A stretch of 60,725 nucleotides of DNA from Stylophora pistillata (lineage: Eukaryota): assembly GCF_002571385.2 (NCBI RefSeq), contig NW_019217790.1, forward strand, positions 1,842,776-1,903,500. Reading direction: 5' to 3'. The notes under the pieces were generated by a model. The model saw nothing but the letters and a program-made list of their open reading frames with translations. It had not been told where the DNA came from and did no database searches. A program made the translations under genes and the position numbers. Positions 50,959 to 60,725 of the stretch are shown here, piece by piece; position 1 is the first letter of the stretch, and every line of letters begins with the position of its first letter.

Positions 50959-53900
50959 TTACGACTGCTGCTGATCGGACATCTCTGCCAGGTACGATTC
51001 CAAATCCCTTACCACACTGTCAAATGATGGCCTTGCTTCGGGATCCTGAGTCCAGCACTTTTGCATAAGTTGCCAGCAGTGTTCTGGAAAGACGTCCAAC
51101 TTCTCTGGTGTCTTGTTGTCAACGGCATTCATCATGAGCATAACCAGAGGTAGAAAGTGGCGATTTATATTCTGTGGTTGGTTTCCCTGGCCTTCGCACA
51201 CTCGCCATAGCATCATACCGAACGCGTACACGTCAATGGATTTGTCGTACTGTTGCTTGATCATTTCGGGCGCCATGTTAATGGGAGTACCAACCAACGA
51301 GTTACTGATAAGTCCCTCGGGTTTACAGAGACCCAGATCAGTTAACTTGGCGTTGTTTTCCTCGTCCAACTGAAAGGAGAGACAAGGAAAAAAATCGAAT
51401 TTGCTCGTCTACAAATGTAAGCTATGTGTATATCATAACTTCCGTATACACTGTAAGCATTTAAAGGAAAAAAACAAAACAAAACAAAAACAACACTAGC
51501 CGGAAATGAAAGATATTTTGGGATGGGGGATGGAGGGGTCTTGAGGGGGTCACATGGTTTTCAGGAAGAACGGAGAGGGATCAGCCATCGCTAACAAAGG
51601 GTAAAGGGGGCACTAAAAAAAAAAAAATGGCGTCTACTTAACTACCACTGAGAAGGGAATCGTAGAGCCTTATTGGAGGATGAAGTAAATTTTATTGTGA
51701 CACAGCCAAACTAACCCCCATTATATTATTATAATATAATATATATTAATATTATTCTAATATATTAAATTATTATAATGTATTATAATATTTCCTTTCG
51801 GTCCAAAACTCGGCAGCTCCTGAGCACAGCCCTACATCTTAAACACCCATTACAGCCCCATTTTTTACAGTCAAGGCTAACAGGTAGCATTCGGTCACGG
51901 TACTCACCAAGACGTTCTGCATTTTAACATCGCGATGGATCAGATCTTCTCCATGAAGATACTGCAAGGCTTTGGCAACGTCAAGAGCTATCTCAAGTCT
52001 CTTTCTCATGGAGGGTATATCTTTTAGACCATCATGAAGATCGCATCTCATTCGCTCTGAGACGAGTTGTACAGAAAGGCCACGAGTAGGGTTCGACTCC
52101 ACTACGGTGCACAAGACAGGTAGAATGTTCGAATGTTGGAGAGCCCTTAAACGGAGAACTTCATTTAGTAAATAGTTGGGATTAAAAAAAGACGAGGGCT
52201 TGAATAACTGTCGAGAATTTCTTAATCCTCCAAATGTTTGGACAAAGCTTTGAGAAAAAGGAAAATAAAAAAGGATTCCTGATTGCCTTTATCAATTATT
52301 TCTCAAAATACGCGCGAATCTGAATCGTCACAAGCGATCAGTCCAAACGAACCCATCGACCCCTCAGACCGCGCGTCGTTTCGGACTTATATCAAAATGT
52401 TACGTTAGGTTAACATCCTATATCGCATATTACCTGGTATTATGAAGTTCCAGAGTCAAATCCTTGAGCACCTCCTCCGTAGCGACTTTTACCACCTTAA
52501 CAACACAGGGCCGTCCTTCTGGAGTTTTAATGTTGTTACAAGCAAAGACACTACCCTGCGCTCCTGAACCAATGAGATCTCCCGCGGCTGGAAATCCAAA
52601 CTTGAACCTGTCCATGACTCCATATGCCAGCATCTCAAGGAGCGCAAGATTGGGAGCAAAGCCAAGAATGGTTTCCCTTTGCATATCTTTGATAGTCTCT
52701 CCGCGATCGAACAGGTCTTGGACTTTTCCTATTTCACTGGTAAACTCTTGATGGCAGTCACAGAAGTGCTGTTTCAAGCTGCTGACGATTTCCTTAGCCA
52801 TGAGAGATGGATCTACTTTCTTGAGGGCCTCTGAAGCAACCTTCACCTTCCATTCCTTGGAGCCAACCTGAACCTCTCCCGTGATGGTCTTGACAACTGT
52901 GTCGATCGGATTACGAATCGCCTTGTAGAACCACTCGCTTACTTTCATTATGAAACGGACAGCTGCTCCGTGGCGTTGTGAAAATGTGATTTGAGTTTCG
53001 TAAGAAGAAAGAAGGCTATTGCCTAGAGCGAGCGCTGCTGATGGAATGTCGCTGTCTGCGGCAATCTCGCCTTGAATTTGCTCCATGCCGTCTTTGAGGT
53101 GAACGACAAACAGATCTCTGGAGCGGAACATCATGGTTAACCTTTGCTTGATCTCTCCTTGGAGTTTATTCACCACCATACACCGAATCTGGTCCTGGCA
53201 GTGGGCCACAGCTGCTTTCTCTTTTACATGACCACTTGACGGAATAGTCAATTCGGCTAAAACGTATTCAAAATCTCCTGCTTCTTTAAGGATGTCGCCC
53301 TTGGCTCCCTCCATGGCATCACTGAGCAGGTCTCGAATATCCTCGGCCCGCTTTTCATCCTCCAGGTCGCGGATTATGTTGTCGTGAACTTGCTGTTCCT
53401 CGCGTAGAAATGTTCCCAACGTCTTCAATATCTGCGTTTTTCCCTTCTTCAAAACGTTGGCTTTCTGAATGAAGAAATCCAAGCATCTGGATAGAACACG
53501 AATGAGAGTTTTGCACACGCTCTCTACCCTTGCGCGTAAAGATTCTTCAGCGAACTTCTTCAAGCTGTTTTGAAATCTCTTAAAGGCTTCAACATAATCT
53601 GTATACTCGTCAAAAGAGGCTTTGGGATTTTTCTTCTTAGAAGCGAGGTATTGTTGGATACGCCAAGCTGACAGACCATGGAATCGCTCGTTTTCATCCA
53701 TGCACAGTTGAGAAGGAAAATGCCCGTTTTTGACAAGCCGCTCGTACACGCGTGTTTTCTTTCTCTCCTGTACTTTGAGCTCTCCCTTTTTCCGCGCCTT
53801 CGTTGATGCTGCGTGGCCGCCTGGTTCATCGTCCTCATCTGATGATTCGGTACGATCTTCTGGTTCCAGTTTGCTAACAACGAAAAATATTGATAAATCG

Positions 53901-55930
53901 TTTCCTGAAGACGTCATTTCATTAAGGACCTCTCTATCCTGGCAACGAAACAAATAAAAATTGGTATTAAGTTAGTGTTACGCCTGTGATAAAACTGTGT
54001 CAAGAAAAATCATTATTAACAACTAGATGTCATGGAAATCGAGGGGGAATAATCCAATATTGTACTTGTAAATCTACTCACAGTTCAAAACGTAATAGCT
54101 AGACAGACTCATAGTTATTTTATTTTGTTTACAACCCCACAAAATTACTAGTAAGCTACTCCTTTTACTCATCATCTATCCCGAAAACATGGCGAATGGA
54201 TTAGCCATTGCTGCATTTGGATTTGGCAATGCACGGGCATTGAGTGTCATCCGTACCCTGGGGAGAGGAATTAGAAGACTTGCCTTGGGGTGGGGGTGAC
54301 GAATTTTAGCCAGAGGAATGAAGAAATGGCTTAGAAGTAAGTTTTCGCATCATGAGGTAATGCGCACCAGCGTAAAAAATCAACAATGGTAACAAAATCA
54401 CGCAAGGAATCGTTTGATAAAAAATTGTGCTTGGTAAGGCATTTGAACACAATTTTGGCCCGTGGATCAGGAATTTTAACACGCCAATTCTCAAATATTC
54501 AAATGCCTGGTGGTTCCTCAGCAGGAGGATACCGAAGCTTCGAATTGATCGACGCATTATTAGTGCAGAGATTACAACGATCACTGAAGAGACCAAAACA
54601 AATATTAATTAATCCTTAACTGACTCACTCCTATGAGTGACCAAGACAGAATTTCTCTATGCAGTATCAATAGAGCATCAAACAGATGAGGATTATTACT
54701 TGATCCAATGCGAAATTCTCCAAATCAACATCATGAGAATTGTATAGCAGACAGTAAGGAAAACTATGAATGAGATTTAGGGAGTGAAACTGTTATGTTG
54801 TACATCTGGCAATTGAAATGGATTGATTTTATACCTTTTTTCTTCTTCAGTACAACAGTCGCTTAAGAATTATTTCGCAATAAATGCAACAGCCAGAGTA
54901 AAGTTAACCAAAGGCACACAATGCTAATGTTGTGGTGCATATTTCGTCGTCGTTTAGGCGATTTCGTGTAAATTCAATCCACGCTGTTTAAAAGGAGCAA
55001 GCTTTTGCTTATCAGCTTCGTATAAACAAACAACTCTGACTTACTGATTCACGTTTCAACATTTCAAAGACCCAGGCCAAGTGACTCACAAAACAAAGCA
55101 CTCGGTGTAATCTGATCTTAATACAATCCGGAAATACAAATTAAAACTGATCAAGGAATCATGTTGACGACAAAATATCTTACCTGTTTTGTAAAAAGAT
55201 CATGTCCATCCACCACGTATATAACAAACGCCAGAGGATTTTCCAGCTGCTTTTTCACCAAATTATCCAGTGCTTCGTTTTCATTTCTTCCAGGGGAGTC
55301 TATGATGGTTACACCGCACTTCAAGAAGTCGATATTTATGCCTGACTCCACGATAGCCCCCACTTTAGTAGGGTCGTTACGATCTTTCGGTTTGAGCTCG
55401 ATCTTCTTTCGAGGGATTCTGTTTCCATCTTTGCCTGTCATCTTTATCTCTTCTAAGGTTTTACCATTTGTGTCAACCAGGCGACAGTAAGGCTTCTCGG
55501 CGTGGCAAACGCGAACAATTCTCGCGGTGCTCGGTTGGTCTGATGTAGGAAGCGCTTTACAACCCAGAAGCTCGTTGATTATGGAGCTTTTTCCGCAGTT
55601 GGTTTGCCCTACAAAAATGAGTGCCGGCTCCTGATCAAACAGATCGGTGACTTCCTTCTTCTCCTTAGCAGTATAAAGCATCTCAGCAAGGGTATTATCG
55701 AACTCCAGATGAACATCCGCCATTGCCACTGTTAGAGCCATCACTTGCACTTCCTCTGGAGAGGCTTGCACGGGTAAGGTTTTGTAGCGAAGTTCTTCTG
55801 CAATATCTGCAGTACCTTTACTAGAAAGCTTTTGAACGATTTCATCGAAGTATTTAACTGTATCAAGGTGAACTTTTTGCAGCACAGCCTTGCTTTTCTT
55901 GAAATCCTCAAACACCTCCTGAAGCGACAT
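50959..55930 (-). CDS. DSTYK: Dynamin-like GTPase + helical region + protein kinase, DSTYK-like (966 aa, 4 exons)
   Basis: Exons 55930-55184, 53938-52434, 52145-51908 and 51369-50959; GT-AG introns of phase 0/2/0; total 2901 nt. GTPase G1 GQTNCGKS, G2 PTSDQPST, G3 DSPG, G4 SKLE. Kinase GSGAQG, VVK, HRDVKMQN, DLG and GTPINMAPE; the last two are DSTYK-type. The symbol denotes family likeness; orthology is not established. Confidence 0.9.
54610..54795. mobile_element. MITE family; related copies at ~49910-50115, ~57480-57650 and 57808-58017
   Basis: cactcc...gaccaagacaga..ttctc ... gagat...gggagtgaaa architecture. The 57808-58017 copy has taaccct / agggtta termini. Confidence 0.6.
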
Positions 55931-56823
55931 GGCTGAAAGACTCGACGAGATTGGGGAGCAGTGGTTTAATGTCCAACGCTATCAATTCCTTTCGTGGAAA
56001 AAGAGGAAGTCAATAATCATCGGTCACGTTCAATGAAACTTTTTAAATTTGGTATGGACTCATGCATACTAGAAGACTGGAGCACACAGTCCGTAGTGTC
56101 TTTATTCAATACTTAATGGTTATGTTATGAGTAATATTGTGTAACGATTCAGAAACTGTTAATGTTTCTTCAGAAGATATCTCTCTTCAGTGCGAATGCT
56201 ACTCGTTGGATCTAACTACAGGTTTTCTGAGTTGATTACAGCGCAAGCGATTCAAAAGGAAGTGACAGACTTGTCAAAATCAATAAGGGAGTTCTTGGCT
56301 ATCAAATATTTCCCGTCAGCGGTCTCATACAGTTATAGTTAGCTGAAAAGGTCTACTTTCTTGCTCTTTTCATCGTGTCTTGAGCTACTGGGAAAACCGT
56401 TTGTGTTGTGCAAATATTAGATGAAAAATCAGATAAGTTTATATGCTGATGAAACCCCGCTCTGACTGATGAAAATTCACATAAAAGAAAAACAAAAAAG
56501 AACTGAAATAATGAAGTTGCTGATGATATCGAAGTTTTGTACCTGTCTAGAGTGATCAAAGCAAGATTTGTAATGATGCGGAAGTTCAGTGAAGAAAAGA
56601 AATCCTTCCCGGTAAATTCCAAGTCCACTCCAATCTGTAATAGCATGTCTGGATGTCACGCGACATGTTCTCAAAGTCCAATTTTTCCGAGAATCTGAAT
56701 GAACCAGGAATTAAAGTGAATTCTCGAAATAAGCGTGGATCTTTTTACTCGTCTGTACAGGATCAAGTCCCTTTTCAAACCTTTATACTGAATAAGGTCT
56801 AACCAGACTGACATTGTGAACGA

Positions 56824-59621
56824 ATGGCTTCCCTCCAGGGTAAGCATATTTGAATAATTTCTTGTTCATAGTATTTTTACAAAGGCCTTGAGTCTGGCCG
56901 CTCTATTGCTATGTAAACAAATATTTGCAGCTGGTTGTGGAGCGAGAGCCTAAACTAAGCAATACTAAAGCTTTGCAGGGTTGTTATGCGAAGACAAGCC
57001 TTAATGATATTAAGAGTTCAACCAGCAATTTAGTAAGAAATGGAAATTGGACCTTCGGTGGTCTAAACTGCCACTGATCAAGCAGACGAAAACCAAAAGT
57101 CACGAGCTTTCTCTACGTTTCGTTTAAGTATTATCATAGGTTATGTTCCTATCAAAAGAATCGTTTCCCATAATTAAGACGTTATCTTCTTTAGAATAAT
57201 TTTCGTTCGGCACTGATTACCGTCGCAATGCGATTTCACTCAGAAGTTTCTCTTTCTGGACACTGCGAGCCCACATCAGTACGAACACTAATTTCAGCTT
57301 ATAGCTAAACCTGGAGATCTTTTCGCCATCTTACTTTCTTGTCCTTTCAAGCTCAATTTGAGGACTGTATTTACTTAAAAAATTGAATCAAAGAAATCCG
57401 ATTTGAATCGTTGACTAGGTAAAACTCATATCCTAACCAAAAAATCAGACACTGAGGAATGTTTGGGATAGCAAATCTCTGTACTGTCTACCATATTGAA
57501 TTATTTTGATCTTAATAGTTTGGAGGATTTGGTGTTGTACTAACTAATGATTTTCTAATTGATATATATGTTTTTTCTCATTGCTTGTCCACTTGATATT
57601 GGATTGATATTGTTAGGAGAAATTGTCTTGATCACTCATGGGTTAATTCTCATGGGAGTAATACAATTGACAGTACAAACTACTGCTTAAGTGTTACAAT
57701 TGGTAGTTCTTACAATCCAACCTGTCAAATTAAAACTAAATTCTATGTATCAAGAAAATGGAAGCTCATTCTATGCCTTCCCTGGGCCAGTTTAATAAAA
57801 GTAATATAACCCTTTTACCCCCAAGATCTCATCATAAATTCTCTCTACTATTTTCTGTATAATCCTTATGATGTTAGTATGGAGAATTTGGAATTGGATC
57901 AACTAATAATCCCATGATTGATATTTTTCTTTACTCTTATTTGTCTTTTACCTGATATTGTATTTATATTGTAAGGAGAAACTCTGTCTTGGTCTGTTCT
58001 GGGAGTGAGAGGGTTACTGAAAGTAATATATCTTCTCTATTGTAAAATCAGATATCTCTGACAATGACGGCACAGAAACAGAGGAATGTCCCACACTATC
58101 ATTTGAAGAACAGTTCAAAGAGTTGACCTCTCTCATATCCTTTTTTGAGGAGTGTTCAATGAAAACATGGGAGTTTATTGACTACATGAAAGAAAAGCTT
58201 TCAGACAGCTTGAAAACAGATCTTATGACTGACACAGAAAGGAAGCGTTTGCAATCATATGCTGCAAAGAAGTCCACTCTTTTGGTCCTTGGACAAACAA
58301 ACAGTGGAAAGAGCTCCTTTGTGAATGAACTCCTTGGTGGGTCATTCATGCCAACTTCTGAAGTGCCATGTACGTCTCGCATTGTCCGTCTCAAATATAG
58401 TGAGAAGAACTATATCCAGGTTTGTGATGCATCTTTCTGTTTGATACATTTTAACAAATAAAGGCTGAAATTTTTTCAAATGCCAGCATTTGGGGGGAGT
58501 AGAGGGGGGGCTTAATAAGCCCCTTACTATCCTCTCCCTTTGCCTCACAGGTGTAGTTTCATAGCACACTTGGTAGTAGTAGCCAACTATATCTTAGAGG
58601 CACAGTTTCAAATCCCTTTAAAGTCTGGGGGGGGTGAATAGCACCACTGCTCTGTCACCTGTCCTGGCTCAGAGGATATTTGTTGTTTTCCAGTTTTTCT
58701 CCTCCCCGAAAATTGATGTTCTTAAATGAGACCTCTGCTTCTGAGACCAAATGACTTTTTACCATTACCATTAGGAAAGTGAACCAATAGTCTAAAAAAT
58801 TGTCTTTAAATATGCTTAAGATTCAGTGAAGGACATTTCCATTTAAGAAACGATGCAGATATAACCTGACCAAAAAGCTAGATTTAAAAACCTCTGTTAC
58901 TATGGTTATCGCCAAAACTCACTCTATTGGTCAAGGATACATTTTGGGGGAGTTTGCAAATTATTTTAATAGATGGTGCTGGGATTAAGTTGAATGATAT
59001 TTTGTCACTGTCTATATTGAGAGGTGGCCAGGTTCAAAATACATAAAGCAGGAGGACAATTTTCAAAGTGTTGGGGTTATTCTTTGGAATCCCAAAATGA
59101 ATCCATTGTCATAGTTCATAGTGCACTAGATAAAAATTTTAATTTTCTTAAACATACTTCTTTGGTCCCAATTTCGACCTGGAAAAAGTAGAAAAAGATC
59201 CAACATGTGCCAGGAATCCTTCTGGTATCGATTATATTTGATGAGTGGACCTCAATAAGCATTTTGTAGCCACTCACTCTCCCTGTTTTGAAACAGTAGT
59301 ACTGAGAAATCAACCATTCATTTTAAGGTATTGGATGAGTCTAGACCTAATGAAGGAGAGAAGATTTTCTTTGATAAAAAGAAAGTGCCGAGGAAGGAAA
59401 TAGAGTTGGATGAAAGCCAGAGGGCAGATCAATCCTGGATCAATGCCATGGTGGAAGTGGGCCTGAACAACTCTCTCCTTCAAAATGGACATCTGGAAGT
59501 TATTGATGCACCTGGGATGAGCGAGAATGAAGCTCTGGACAAGATTGTTGAAGAATGTATTCACGGCATTCTTCAAGTCATTATCTATGTCATAGACGGT
59601 AACTCCTCTCTAAGGCTGCAG
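56824..59621 (+). CDS. Second dynamin-like GTPase (DSTYK-like paralogue), 5' exons only; the 3' part is lost in the terminal palindrome
   Basis: Exons 56824-56839 (MASLQ, gtaagc donor; tentative), 58052-58419 and 59328-59621; phases 1/0 are consistent. Motifs GQTNSGKS, PTSEVPCTSRIVRL, VIDAPGMSENEALD and IYVIDG. The last donor is at the same position as intron 1 of the minus-strand paralogue. Confidence 0.8.
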
Positions 59622-60725
59622 GTCAGTTATAGCCTCACATTCTTGAGAGACTTCATCATAGTCATCATCATCATCATCATCAATCCTTTTCATGCCTTGT
59701 GGCACCTAGGGCCTTCAGAGAGCTTTTCCACTCCTCTCGATTAGTTGCTGCTGTCCGCACCTCTTTCCACGACCTCCAACCCGCCTCTTGCCTTTCTTCC
59801 TCTGTTTTACATCTCCAAGTGCTTTTTGGTCTTCCCCTTCTCCTTTTACCTTCTGGCGCCCAGCTCACAGCAACATTTCAATCATTGAGATAGAATAAAT
59901 ATATGAAAATCATATATTTTGAACTGCGGTATTTGATACGTATGATGCACGATCCTCGCAGTAGATAGCGCTATCTACTGCGAGGATCGTGCATCATACG
60001 TATCAAATACCGCAGTTCAAAATATATGATTTTCATATATTTATTCTATCTCAATGATTGAAATGTTGCTGTGAGCTGGGCGCCAGAAGGTAAAAGGAGA
60101 AGGGGAAGACCAAAAAGCACTTGGAGATGTAAAACAGAGGAAGAAAGGCAAGAGGCGGGTTGGAGGTCGTGGAAAGAGGTGCGGACAGCAGCAACTAATC
60201 GAGAGGAGTGGAAAAGCTCTCTGAAGGCCCTAGGTGCCACAAGGCATGAAAAGGATTGATGATGATGATGATGATGACTATGATGAAGTCTCTCAAGAAT
60301 GTGAGGCTATAACTGACCTGCAGCCTTAGAGAGGAGTTACCGTCTATGACATAGATAATGACTTGAAGAATGCCGTGAATACATTCTTCAACAATCTTGT
60401 CCAGAGCTTCATTCTCGCTCATCCCAGGTGCATCAATAACTTCCAGATGTCCATTTTGAAGGAGAGAGTTGTTCAGGCCCACTTCCACCATGGCATTGAT
60501 CCAGGATTGATCTGCCCTCTGGCTTTCATCCAACTCTATTTCCTTCCTCGGCACTTTCTTTTTATCAAAGAAAATCTTCTCTCCTTCATTAGGTCTAGAC
60601 TCATCCAATACCTTAAAATGAATGGTTGATTTCTCAGTACTACTGTTTCAAAACAGGGAGAGTGAGTGGCTACAAAATGCTTATTGAGGTCCACTCATCA
60701 AATATAATCGATACCAGAAGGATTC
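59214..60725. repeat. Perfect spacer-less palindrome centred at 59969/59970 and running to the window end; probable assembly artefact
   Basis: The ORF track shows identical mirrored ORFs (59331-59744 + / 60195-60608 -). Centre ...gtagatagc|gctatctac... Confidence 0.95.
59655..59890 (-). mobile_element. RTE-clade LINE 3' end with (GAT)n tail
   Basis: SWAPEGKRRRGRPKSTW...AATNREEWKSSLKAL followed by gatgatgat repeats. Confidence 0.8.

Noticed and set aside
55990-56420. ETS/IRF/NF-kB-like motifs (gaggaagt, ggaagtga, gggaaaaccg) in the divergent promoter
   Set aside because: Short, imperfect matches expected by chance; not supportable without conservation data.
60195-60608. Third GTPase gene copy on the minus strand
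   Set aside because: Exact mirror image of 59331-59744 inside the palindrome.

Overview
Eukaryotic, AT-rich, gapped scaffold with spliceosomal introns; the repeat families suggest a cnidarian, probably a scleractinian coral (inference). Host genes: a rhodopsin-class GPCR (-), a 3-exon secreted and probably GPI-anchored stand-alone DOMON protein (+), profilin (+, with a dead hAT transposon nested in a LINE inside its intron), a complete 4-exon 966-aa dynamin-like GTPase + DSTYK-type kinase gene (-), and a head-to-head paralogue (+) cut off by a perfect terminal palindrome that is probably an assembly artefact. The most unusual region is 34.7-49.6 kb, with three nested pairs of inverted repeats. 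The innermost is a Foldback/Mutator-like element (36418-39943; tandem-repeat TIRs; 9-bp TSD with one mismatch). It carries an intact, intron-containing, signal-peptide-bearing GH5-fold glycoside hydrolase gene whose presumed nucleophile Glu is Ala. The rest is LINE, Penelope-like (with hammerhead ribozyme motifs), Gypsy, Harbinger, SINE and MITE debris. All calls are by eye; no searches were run.
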